A stretch of DNA of 64,000 bases from Desulfobacterales bacterium (GCA_034003325.1 JAVEYW010000002.1:315662-379661), one strand, 5' to 3'; counted from the stretch's first letter, positions 36,952 through 46,196 are shown. Notes: generated from the sequence alone by a model not told the origin. A program made the numbers and translations.

Positions 36952-38625
36952 ATGAACGTAAGTGAACAGGAAGTCCTTGATCTGATTCGGCAAGGTGAAA
37001 ACCTGACCATTGAATTTAAAAGTGACCGGAAAAAGCTGTCTGACAGCGACCTGGTCGCTGCCATCGTCGCTCTGACAAACACGGAATGCGGCGTCCTTAT
37101 TTTGGGCGTGGAAGACGATGGGGCCATCACAGGGCTTCATGCATCCCACCGGGATACGCTTGGGATGGCCGCCCTAATTGCGAACCGCACCAATCCACCG
37201 CTTTCCGTCGGGATAGAACAAATTAAAGTTCAAGATATACCAGTCGTTCTCCTCCGTGTTCCCAAATCCAGACAACTGGTTTCTACCTCTGATGGATTGA
37301 TTCAGCGAAGGCGATTAATGGCAAACGGCAACCCCGAAGCCGTACCTTTTTACCCGCATGAATTTATTCAAAGACAATCTTCAATGGGATTGACCGACCC
37401 TTCCGCGATGCCCATCCAGGAATTACCCATCGATGAATTAAACCCCCTGGAAAGGCACCGAATACGCGAAGCTATTCGAAAATTCGGGGGCGATCAATCC
37501 TTGTTGCCGCTTGCGGACAATGAGTTGGATGGGGCTCTCGGGTTGACCAGGATTTCCGGTGGATCACTGTGCCCGACTTTGGCCGGGTTGCTGCTGCTTG
37601 GGCGCGAAGAACATCTGCGGCAATACTTGCCGGCATATGAAGTTGCCTTCCAAGTCCTTGAGGGTACGGATGTCAGGGTCAATGAGTTTTTCAGAAAACC
37701 GCTGTTACAAACTTTCGAGGCGGTAGAGCAGCTTTTTAGGGTACGTGTTACTGAGCAAGAGATTCAAATGGGGCTTTTCAGGGTTGCGGTTCCCAATTTT
37801 GATCGCCGCGCCTTCCGGGAAGCGTTTGTCAACGCGCTAGTTCATCGGGATTATTCCAGATTAGGCGCTGTCCATGTCCGTTTGGATGACGATGGCATCA
37901 CCCTTTCCAATCCCGGAGGCTTTGTTGAAGGTGTCACCTTGCAAAACCTGCTGGTTGTTCCTCCACGTGCACGAAATCCACTACTTGCGGATATTGTAAA
38001 GCGCATCGGCTTGGCGGAAAGGACAGGCCGCGGGATCGACCGTATTTATGAAGGAATGCTTCGATACGGACGCCCGGCGCCGGACTATGGCATGTCCGAT
38101 GCCACCTCTGTAGTGCTGTCCCTGTCCGATGTAGACCCTGACTTCAAATTTTTGGAAATGATCCTGAACCAGGAAAGCCGGACAGGATCCGCCCTGCCTA
38201 TTGACAGCTTGATTCTGCTTTCCCGTCTACGGAATGAACGCCGCCTTTCCATAGCAGAACTCACGCCGGAAATCCAAAAATCGGATCAAGCCACCAGGCG
38301 GGTCCTTGAAAAACTGGTGGAAGCGGGGCTGGTTGAGGCCCACGGTGTCGGTCGTGGCCGCACATACACGCTGAGCGTCAAGGTTTACCAGCAATCCGGG
38401 CAGAAAGCGGCATATGTCCGTCAGGCTGGGTTTGATCCCATTCAGCAGGAACAGATGGTTTTGAACTACATTGACGCGCATGGTTCCATTAAACGAGCGG
38501 ATGTGATTGAGCTTTGTCGATTAACCAAGGATCAGGCCGCGAAGCTTTTAAAACGGCTTATTTTTAAAGGGAATATAGAAAAGCATGGCGAGCGCAGGTG
38601 GACTCACTATGTGCGCAAATCATAA
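36952..38625 (+). CDS. AlbA_2 (Schlafen-like 'divergent AAA') + HATPase_c_4 + C-terminal winged-HTH protein (COG2865-type)
   Basis: The N-terminus 'EQEVLDLIRQGENLTIEFKSD...AIVALTNTECGVLILGVEDDGAITGL' is AlbA_2. The middle, 'FREAFVNALVHRDYS...VRLDDDGITLSNPGGF...RNPLLADIVKRIGLAERTGRGIDRI', is HATPase_c_4. The C-terminus has two HTH-like repeats. Confidence 0.8.
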   Translation: MNVSEQEVLDLIRQGENLTIEFKSDRKKLSDSDLVAAIVALTNTECGVLILGVEDDGAITGLHASHRDTLGMAALIANRTNPPLSVGIEQIKVQDIPVVLLRVPKSRQLVSTSDGLIQRRRLMANGNPEAVPFYPHEFIQRQSSMGLTDPSAMPIQELPIDELNPLERHRIREAIRKFGGDQSLLPLADNELDGALGLTRISGGSLCPTLAGLLLLGREEHLRQYLPAYEVAFQVLEGTDVRVNEFFRKPLLQTFEAVEQLFRVRVTEQEIQMGLFRVAVPNFDRRAFREAFVNALVHRDYSRLGAVHVRLDDDGITLSNPGGFVEGVTLQNLLVVPPRARNPLLADIVKRIGLAERTGRGIDRIYEGMLRYGRPAPDYGMSDATSVVLSLSDVDPDFKFLEMILNQESRTGSALPIDSLILLSRLRNERRLSIAELTPEIQKSDQATRRVLEKLVEAGLVEAHGVGRGRTYTLSVKVYQQSGQKAAYVRQAGFDPIQQEQMVLNYIDAHGSIKRADVIELCRLTKDQAAKLLKRLIFKGNIEKHGERRWTHYVRKS

Positions 38626-38636
38626 GTTATGCGTCA

Positions 38637-38698
38637 GGCTCATAGCTTATGAGCCGGCTCATAGGAGGCTCATAGGAGGCTCATAGGAGGCTCATATC
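38637..38698 (+). repeat. GGCTCATA motif array: one 8-bp-stem palindrome plus 3.5 tandem copies of an 11-bp unit (GGCTCATAGGA)
   Basis: The sequence reads GGCTCATAgctTATGAGCC, then GGCTCATAGGA x3 (38656-38688), then GGCTCATAtc. It lies directly after the stop of the AlbA_2 gene, ~190 bp upstream of pglX. Confidence 0.9.
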
Positions 38699-38890
38699 TC
38701 GAATGCTTCCATGAAAAAAAATTCGAGAGACAAATATAAATACGACGCTGAATAGAGTGACCATCTTCCTGCGCCGGGAAAATGGTCAAGTTGGTAAGCA
38801 AAGCGGCAAATATCAATGTAACAAATAGAAACTACAAAGTAAAATGCTTAATAATAGGTTGGGGAAATCACCGGCGACAAAGGAAGATGG

Positions 38891-41800
38891 ATGGAAACTT
38901 CGAAGCTGAAAAAATTTGCACAGTATGCGCGCCGAAACTTAATAGAGCAGGTTTCCGCCAAGCTGAAGCTGGTATTGGCCGAGGACAGCGCGGCCCGGCG
39001 CGAGAATGCCCCAGCCGTTAAAAAGCTTGAAGAGCAGATCGGGGAAACTGGCGAAAGCCAAGTGATCGAAAAGGTCGCCTATACCTGGTTTAATCGTTTC
39101 TGCGCGCTGCGTTTCATGGATGTGAACCGTTATACCCGGATTGGTGTGGTGTCGCCTGCAGAAGGGCAGTTTCAGCCTGAGATTTTGGCCGAGGCCAAGA
39201 TGGGCCATATCGACGAGAGCATGGTACCCGAGAAAACCCGGCAGAAGGTTTTTGCATTGCTGGATGGCAAGGTTCCCAGTAATGATCCGCAGACTGAGGC
39301 TTACCGACTCCTCGTGGTTGCCGTTTGTAACGACTACCACGATGCCATGCCCTATCTGTTTGAGCGGATTGCCGATTACACCGAACTGCTGATGCCCGAT
39401 GATCTGCTTTCGGGAAACTCTATCCTGGCCTACACCCGCGAGGCGATGACGCCTAATGCCTGCCAGGACGTGGAGGTCATCGGATGGCTCTACCAGTTTT
39501 ATATCAGCGAGAAGAAGGACGAGGTCTTTGACGGCCTGAAGAAAAACAAGAAAATCACCCCCGAAAATATTCCGGCAGCGACACAGCTCTTCACCCCGCA
39601 CTGGATCGTGCGGTATCTGGTTGAAAATTCCCTCGGTCGTCTCTGGATGCTGAACCGTCCCGATTCGAGATTGATTGAACGGATGGACTACTACATCAAG
39701 CCCGAAGAGGCGGAAACCGATTTCCTGCGCATCAGCAAGCCGGAAGAACTGAAGATCTGCGATCCGGCCTGCGGCTCCGGGCACATGCTGACTTATGCCT
39801 TCGACCTGCTCCATGCCATTTATGAGGAAGAAGGCTATGAACCTGCGGAGATCCCGGAAAAGATCCTCACCCACAACCTCTACGGCATCGAGATCGATGA
39901 ACGCGCCGGGGAACTGGCTGCCTTTGCCCTGACCATGAAGGCCCGCGCCAAACATCGCCGCTTTTTCAGAAAGAAGGTGGTCCCCAATATCTGCGTGCTG
40001 GAAAATATCCGGTTCAATGAGGGCGAGCTAAAGAGTTACATGGATTTTGTCGGGCGGGATCTTTTTACCGCGCCTTTGCAAACCACCCTGCGGCAGTTTG
40101 AAGAGGCGGATAACTTCGGGTCTCTGATTCGCCCTAAGGTAAGCGATGTGGCGTGGATATTAAAAACGCTGAAAGAGAAGAATGTCTCTGGACAAATTTT
40201 TCTGAGCAAGACCCATCTGAAGGTATTGAAGGTCTTGCGGCAGGCCGACTATTTCAGCCCCCAGTATCATGTGGTGATTGCTAATCCGCCGTATATGGGG
40301 GGCAAGGGGATGAATGGGCGTCTGGGTGCTTGGCTTAAAGATAACTATCCAGATGTGAAGTCTGATTTGTTTTCGGCCTTTATGGTTCGAAATACTGAGC
40401 TTGCTTTGCCGAAAGGCCAATTGGGTTTCATGTCGCCATTTGTATGGATGTTTATTTCATCTTTCGAAAGGCTACGCAATTTCCTCATTAATCAGAAAAC
40501 GATCACTTCACTTGTCCAGCTCGAATACTCCGGCTTTGATGGAGCAACGGTGCCAATTTGCACTTTCACTGTGGAGAACACACATCATCCCGATTTTAAG
40601 GGAGGGTATGTACGCCTTTCCGATTTTCGTGGGTCAGAATACCAAGGCCCAAAAACGCTCGAAGCCATTAATAATCAAAATTGTGGCTGGTTTTACCGAT
40701 CTTCCGGCACCAACTTCAAGAAAATACCCGGCAGTCCTATCTCTTATTGGCTGAGCGAAAAGTTGTTGAATAGCTTCACTAAAGCAAAGGAATACCTTTC
40801 AGATTCTGGAACTATACGTGAAGGTATAACAACTGGAGACAATGACCGTTTCTTGAGACTGTGGTATGAGGTTGGTCAATCTCATACGCAACTTGAATAT
40901 GATCAAGGCAACAGTTCTTATAAATGGTTTCCGCATAGAAAAGGGGGGGGCTATAGAAAATGGGCTGGGAATATGGAGTATTTTCTTAATTGGAAGGATA
41001 ACGGTACAGACATTCATGTGTTTCATGCGTTGCCACTTGACTATAATGGCGCACCAGTTCGTGGCAAAGCATATTTTTTTAGAGAGGCATTGTCTTGGAG
41101 TCGTATTAGCTCAGGAAAATTTTCATTGCGTTACCATAAAGCGGGCTCAACATATGACTCAACTGCGCCATCAGTATTCACAAGTTCCGACCGAAAAAAT
41201 CAAACGCTCGCTTTTTTGAATGGGAAAATTGTTGCTCATCTCTTGGCTGCGATAAGTCCAACCCTTGACTTCAGAATTACTAATCTCGGCAGATTGCCGT
41301 TGCTCTCTATCAACTCGTCCAGTCTGTCAAAAATTAATGCAAACACCATAGCTTTGGTTCGTTCTGGGCAAGTGGATTGGGATTCCTACGAAACCTCTTG
41401 GGATTTTAATGACCTGCCGCTACTTCGACCCGATTATTGGCAACCAACTTTGAACACCACTTACCAGAAGCTCCGCGCCCACTGGCAGGAAATGGCACTT
41501 GAAATGCAACGTCTCGAAAAAGAGAACAACCGCATCTTTATTGAGGCCTATGGCCTGCAAGATGAGCTAACACCCGACGTCCCTCTAAGTGAAATCACCC
41601 TGACCTGCAATCCCCACTACCGCTACGGTAACAACAAGAGCGAAGACGAGCTGGAAACCTTGCTCCTGGCCGACACCATGAAGGAGTTTATCTCCTACGC
41701 CGTGGGCTGCATGTTCGGCCGCTATTCGCTGGATAAACTGGGGCTAATTCTTGCCAACCAGGGCGAAACCATTGAGGATTATCTGAAGCAAATCCCCGAA

Positions 41801-42406
41801 CCGATCTTCCCGGCGGATGCCAACAACGTCATCCCCATGCTCGACGGCGACTGGTTCACCGACGACATCGCCGAGCGCTTCCGCAAATTCCTGCGCGTCA
41901 CTTTTGGCGAGGAGCACTATGAGGAGAACCTCAAGTTCCTCGAAAAGGCCCTGGGTAAAGACATCCGCAAGTATTTTCTTAAAGATTTTTATAACGACCA
42001 TGTTCGCCGGTACAAAAAGCGGCCCATTTACTGGCTGTTTTCAAGCCCAAAGGGCAGTTTCAATGCTCTCATCTACATGCACCGCTATCGCCCGGATACG
42101 GTGAGCGTGGTGCTCAATGATTATCTGCGCGAGTTCCGCGCTAAACTGATCGCCCGAAAGGATCATCTTGAGGCGGTGAGTATCAGCGCCGGTGCCTCCT
42201 TGGGAGAAAAAACCAAGGCGCTAAAAGAGATCGAAACCTTAAAAAAGATGATAAACGAGCTGAGCGCCTATGAACGCGAGGTGCTCTATCCGCTTGCTAC
42301 CCAGCAAGTGGCAATTGAGCTTGACGACGGGGTGAAGGTGAATTACCAGAAATTCGGCGCGGCCTTAAAGAAGATTCCGGGTCTGGATGCGAAAGGTGAG
42401 GAGTGA
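38891..42406 (+). CDS. pglX: BREX-1 N6-adenine DNA methyltransferase PglX
   Basis: The product is 1171 aa with the SAM motif 'ICDPACGSGHML', the catalytic 'VIANPPYMG', and a conserved C-terminal region 'RPIYWLFSSPKGSFNALIYMHRY'. Confidence 0.92.
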   Translation: METSKLKKFAQYARRNLIEQVSAKLKLVLAEDSAARRENAPAVKKLEEQIGETGESQVIEKVAYTWFNRFCALRFMDVNRYTRIGVVSPAEGQFQPEILAEAKMGHIDESMVPEKTRQKVFALLDGKVPSNDPQTEAYRLLVVAVCNDYHDAMPYLFERIADYTELLMPDDLLSGNSILAYTREAMTPNACQDVEVIGWLYQFYISEKKDEVFDGLKKNKKITPENIPAATQLFTPHWIVRYLVENSLGRLWMLNRPDSRLIERMDYYIKPEEAETDFLRISKPEELKICDPACGSGHMLTYAFDLLHAIYEEEGYEPAEIPEKILTHNLYGIEIDERAGELAAFALTMKARAKHRRFFRKKVVPNICVLENIRFNEGELKSYMDFVGRDLFTAPLQTTLRQFEEADNFGSLIRPKVSDVAWILKTLKEKNVSGQIFLSKTHLKVLKVLRQADYFSPQYHVVIANPPYMGGKGMNGRLGAWLKDNYPDVKSDLFSAFMVRNTELALPKGQLGFMSPFVWMFISSFERLRNFLINQKTITSLVQLEYSGFDGATVPICTFTVENTHHPDFKGGYVRLSDFRGSEYQGPKTLEAINNQNCGWFYRSSGTNFKKIPGSPISYWLSEKLLNSFTKAKEYLSDSGTIREGITTGDNDRFLRLWYEVGQSHTQLEYDQGNSSYKWFPHRKGGGYRKWAGNMEYFLNWKDNGTDIHVFHALPLDYNGAPVRGKAYFFREALSWSRISSGKFSLRYHKAGSTYDSTAPSVFTSSDRKNQTLAFLNGKIVAHLLAAISPTLDFRITNLGRLPLLSINSSSLSKINANTIALVRSGQVDWDSYETSWDFNDLPLLRPDYWQPTLNTTYQKLRAHWQEMALEMQRLEKENNRIFIEAYGLQDELTPDVPLSEITLTCNPHYRYGNNKSEDELETLLLADTMKEFISYAVGCMFGRYSLDKLGLILANQGETIEDYLKQIPEPIFPADANNVIPMLDGDWFTDDIAERFRKFLRVTFGEEHYEENLKFLEKALGKDIRKYFLKDFYNDHVRRYKKRPIYWLFSSPKGSFNALIYMHRYRPDTVSVVLNDYLREFRAKLIARKDHLEAVSISAGASLGEKTKALKEIETLKKMINELSAYEREVLYPLATQQVAIELDDGVKVNYQKFGAALKKIPGLDAKGEE
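40943..40950 (+). repeat. G8 homopolymer tract inside pglX (codons GGG GGG GGC)
   Basis: Read directly: aaaaGGGGGGGGctat, in frame with pglX ('HRKGGGYRKW'). Confidence 0.95.
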
Positions 42407-42413
42407 ACCGGAT

Positions 42414-43574
42414 ATGAGTGACAAGAACACCACGCAACCTGCATTGGACTTCGGACAACTGGTCGGTGTCATCCGTCAAGTCCATGACAAGTTGGCAGCC
42501 CAGGTAAGCCGGGCTGTCAATACCAGCCTCACCCTTCGCAACTGGATGATTGGGTTCCACGTTGAGGAGTATGAGCGCCGGGGCGTTGATCGTACCGAAT
42601 ACGGCGACAAGTTGATGGACATGCTCGCCGATAGTCTGACCCAGCTTGGCGTATCGCGTTGTGATCGGCGGGAAATTTACCGCTATCGCCAGTTGTATCT
42701 GACTTACCCGCAGATTGTGGAGATAGTGACTCCACAATTGCAGCCTCTGATAGGGCAGGTATGTTTGGCTGGTGCCGATTCTTCATCCGATGCCGCTGCC
42801 CCAACGATTGTGGAGACGTCTCCACAGTTCAGAATCGATGGTAAGACCCTGATTTCGCGCCTATCGTTTTCGCATATCGTGGAATTGCTCAACCTGGAAG
42901 ATGCCACCAAGCGCACGTTCTATGAGGTGGAGTGCATCCAGGGCAACTGGTCGGTTCGTGAATTGAGACGACAAATCCACAGCCTCTACTATGAACGTTG
43001 CGGCCTTTCGATAGATAAAAAGAAGCTTTCGGAACTTGCCCGGCAAGGCGCGGAGCAGGTGTCACCCGCCTTGCCGGTGCGCGACCCGTATATATTCGAG
43101 TTCCTGGGCCTGACGCCTCGAGAGGTGATGAGCGAATCACATCTCGAAGACCAGCTTATCAGTAAGATTGAAGAATTCCTTTTGGAGCTGGGCCACGGAT
43201 TCTGCTTTGAAGCCCGGCAAAAACGAATCCTGATCGGGGACGAGCATTATTTTATTGATCTGGTTTTCTATCACCGCATCCTGAAGTGCCATGTGCTGGT
43301 GGAGTTGAAACTGGCCGAGTTCAGCCATGAAAACATTGGCCAGCTCAATACCTACGTAAGCTGGTACAGAAAAAACATGATGCTTGAGGACGATAACCCG
43401 CCCATTGGCATCCTGCTTTGCACCCACAAGAAGCACTCTCTGGTCGAGTTCGCGCTGGCAGGTATGGATAACCGGCTATTTGTATCCAAGTACCAGATGG
43501 AGCTGCCCAAGCGGGAGGAAATCGAGCGGTTTCTTGCTGAAAAGCTCCATGAAGCAGGGGGCGTGGATGAGTGA
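42414..43574 (+). CDS. DUF1016 / YhcG-family PD-(D/E)XK nuclease
   Basis: The N-terminal helical domain reads 'LTLRNWMIGFHVEEYE...YGDKLMDMLADSL'. The C-terminus, 'RDPYIFEFLGL...HLEDQLISKIEEFLLELGHGFCFEARQKRILIGDEHYFIDLVFYHRILKCHVLVELKLAEF...GQLNTYVSWY', contains the D...ExK motif. The start is 7 nt after the pglX stop. Confidence 0.85.
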   Translation: MSDKNTTQPALDFGQLVGVIRQVHDKLAAQVSRAVNTSLTLRNWMIGFHVEEYERRGVDRTEYGDKLMDMLADSLTQLGVSRCDRREIYRYRQLYLTYPQIVEIVTPQLQPLIGQVCLAGADSSSDAAAPTIVETSPQFRIDGKTLISRLSFSHIVELLNLEDATKRTFYEVECIQGNWSVRELRRQIHSLYYERCGLSIDKKKLSELARQGAEQVSPALPVRDPYIFEFLGLTPREVMSESHLEDQLISKIEEFLLELGHGFCFEARQKRILIGDEHYFIDLVFYHRILKCHVLVELKLAEFSHENIGQLNTYVSWYRKNMMLEDDNPPIGILLCTHKKHSLVEFALAGMDNRLFVSKYQMELPKREEIERFLAEKLHEAGGVDE

Positions 43575-43677
43575 AAAAGGGGACTTATAAATGAAAATTA
43601 ACAGGTTGAGGTTAACCCTGAATTTACAGATATCCATGAAAGATCCCGAAAATAGAAACCGAAGGCGGCAATAGAAT

Positions 43678-46182
43678 ATGAATGATCGCATTGTCCAGGC
43701 ACTGACCAAGCTATTTGAGCGTTACCGCATCGTCTTCTGGTATGACGCCAAAAAGGAACTGCGTGCTGATTTCGAGGCGCTGGCGTTGGACGGGATTGAG
43801 AAGGTGGAGCTCACCAACAATGAGTTCGGGGTGAAACACCGGATTCTGCGGGAGCAACCGGAGCAGAAGTTTCTCCTCTACCGCGAAGGCCCACAGCCCG
43901 ACGACTTGGACAACTGGCTGCTGGATGTTCAGTTGGCCCATGGTGAATTCCGGACCGATCAGGCCGCGATCTGGCTCTCCGAGTTGGAGCTGGGACTTGA
44001 GTTTACCGATGTAGTGCAGGCTCATGCGGAGTTCTATCAGGCGGCTAAGCGAAAGGATGCACTTAAGCAGATCCTTAAACCCGATGATACCCCCGGCATG
44101 ATCCGCCTGAAGATGCTGGCGGTGTGCGCGGGATGTAAAACGGACCCGCGCATGGATGCCGTGGTGGAAAACCTGCTCGCGGAACTGGCCGATGAGCGGG
44201 ACGATAAGATGAAACTGATCGGCCGTTGCAATCTGGAGGGTTTTCTCTGGGAGCAGATGACCCGCTGCTACGGTTACAAGTCCGATGAGCCGGGCATACG
44301 CGATTTTGTTATCGAACTCTTTAAATCCTGCTATGCCATGGGGACCGATGGCGAGATCCGCCTGACCGGGGATGCCCTCGTGTTCCTCAAACACTGGAAA
44401 GACAGCCGTTCGTTTGAAGCGAGTTTTGAAACGCTCTCCGCTGAGTGTGCCGATGTGATCGGCATCGAACAGGATCTGGCCAAGCGGGATTACCGTGAAT
44501 TGATCGAGCTGGATTACTTCCCCCTGATTGATCAGAAAATTATCAGCGAGCTGGTTAAGGCCGTGGCATCCCGGACCGTATCAAGCGGCGATGTAGCGCT
44601 TTGGGTTCGTCCGCGCCGGCAGGGCCACTGGTTCGGAGAGTATCGCCACCTCTACGAAGCCGTTGATTTTGCCGCACAGTTCATGCAGACCATGGATGAG
44701 GCGGTATTAACCATGGTCAGTCTGGCGGATGGCGTTCAGCGTTACAGCCGTTTCTGGTTCCCATTGGATCAACTCTACCGAAAGTTCACTTACCATGTCC
44801 GCATGTCGGGGCAGGCCTCTCTAATGGGGGCATTATCCGAGCGAATTGAGAACCTCTATTCAAATAATTATCTGCTGAAGGTCAATGACCACTGGCAGTC
44901 TTTCGTCGACGAAACGGGCAAATGGGAGGCCCCTCCCGTCCCGCTGCAAAAGGACTTTTTCAGTCGCTGGGTACAGCCTTTTCTGAAGAAGGACAACAAG
45001 GTCTGTGTCATCATTTCGGACGCCTTACGCTATGAGATCGGCGACGAGTTATTGAGCCTCATTCGCCGGGAGGATCGATTCGAGGCGCATCTGGAACCCG
45101 CCTTGACCCTGTTACCGAGCTATACCCAGCTGGGCATAGCGGCGCTATTGCCCCATAGGGAATTGGCTCTGGCCGACAACGAAACTGGAGTTGTTCTCGC
45201 GGACGGCCAAAGCTCTCAAGGCACGGCCAATCGCATCAAGATCCTGGCGCAGGCCATTTCCCAACGGGCCACCGCGGTGAAGGCTGATGAATTAATGGGG
45301 TTAAATAAAGAGGATTGCAGAGGGTTAATTCGGGATCACGATGTGGTCTACGTATATCATAACCACATTGATGCAATCGGCGGCAAACGCGAAACGGAAG
45401 AACGCGTATTCGAGGCCGTGGAAGAGACCCTGCAGGATCTGATTCGATTGATTAAAAAACTCACCGGAGCCAACGCCAACAACCTGCTCATAACCTCGGA
45501 CCATGGTTTCATCTATCAGAACCGGGCCATCGAGGAGAGCGATTTTTCCGGTTGCGATGCCGTTGGGGACCTGATTCTGTTCCGTGACCGGCGTTTTGTG
45601 TTGGGCAAGGGGTTGAAGGAGGTTTCGGGCCTTCGCAAGTTTCAATCCGCCCAGCTTGGACTGGTCGGCGATGTGGAAGTGCAGATCCCGAAATCAATTA
45701 ACCGGCTGCGACTGAAGGGTTCGGGAAGCCGATTCGTCCACGGGGGCGCATCGCTTCAGGAGGTGGTGGTTCCGGTCCTTAAGATCAACAAAAAGCGGCA
45801 GAGCGATATTTCGTCAGTTGAAGTTGATATTTTACGAGGATCAAGCTCTGTGATCACCTCCGGTCAGCTCGCTGTCGCGCTCTACCAGGCGCAACCGGTA
45901 ACCGACAAGGTGCAGCCGAGAATCCTCCGGGCGGGTATCTTCACCCAGGCGGGCAATCTGATTTCCGATAGCCACGAGCTGACGTTTGACCTGGCATCCA
46001 ACAACCCGAGGGAAAGGGAGCAACAGGTGCGTTTTCTCCTGACCCGCAAGGCGGATGAGGCCAATGGCCAGGAGGTGATCCTGAAACTGGAGGAAAAACA
46101 TGTCGGGACCTCTCATTACAAAGAGTATAAGTCGCTCCGGTATATGATGCGGCGCTCATTTACCAGCGATTTTGACTTTTAA
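43678..46182 (+). CDS. pglZ: BREX-1 alkaline-phosphatase-superfamily protein PglZ
   Basis: The product is 834 aa with 'RIVFWYDAKKELR' at the N-terminus and a PglZ core 'VCVIISDALRYEIGDEL...TSDHGFIYQ...FVHGGASLQEVVVPV'. Confidence 0.9.
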   Translation: MNDRIVQALTKLFERYRIVFWYDAKKELRADFEALALDGIEKVELTNNEFGVKHRILREQPEQKFLLYREGPQPDDLDNWLLDVQLAHGEFRTDQAAIWLSELELGLEFTDVVQAHAEFYQAAKRKDALKQILKPDDTPGMIRLKMLAVCAGCKTDPRMDAVVENLLAELADERDDKMKLIGRCNLEGFLWEQMTRCYGYKSDEPGIRDFVIELFKSCYAMGTDGEIRLTGDALVFLKHWKDSRSFEASFETLSAECADVIGIEQDLAKRDYRELIELDYFPLIDQKIISELVKAVASRTVSSGDVALWVRPRRQGHWFGEYRHLYEAVDFAAQFMQTMDEAVLTMVSLADGVQRYSRFWFPLDQLYRKFTYHVRMSGQASLMGALSERIENLYSNNYLLKVNDHWQSFVDETGKWEAPPVPLQKDFFSRWVQPFLKKDNKVCVIISDALRYEIGDELLSLIRREDRFEAHLEPALTLLPSYTQLGIAALLPHRELALADNETGVVLADGQSSQGTANRIKILAQAISQRATAVKADELMGLNKEDCRGLIRDHDVVYVYHNHIDAIGGKRETEERVFEAVEETLQDLIRLIKKLTGANANNLLITSDHGFIYQNRAIEESDFSGCDAVGDLILFRDRRFVLGKGLKEVSGLRKFQSAQLGLVGDVEVQIPKSINRLRLKGSGSRFVHGGASLQEVVVPVLKINKKRQSDISSVEVDILRGSSSVITSGQLAVALYQAQPVTDKVQPRILRAGIFTQAGNLISDSHELTFDLASNNPREREQQVRFLLTRKADEANGQEVILKLEEKHVGTSHYKEYKSLRYMMRRSFTSDFDF

Positions 46183-46196
46183 AGGATGATCGAGCG

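Noticed and set aside
38637-38698. Whether the short repeat array is a CRISPR array.
   Set aside because: The units are 11 bp with no spacers, there are only ~4 copies, and no cas genes are nearby. It is a tandem/operator-like repeat.
38939-39955. A 338-aa ORF antisense to the 5' part of pglX.
   Set aside because: It overlaps the conserved PglX N-terminal and SAM-binding region. It has no motif and the typical antisense-ORF composition (Gly/Arg/Leu/Phe rich).
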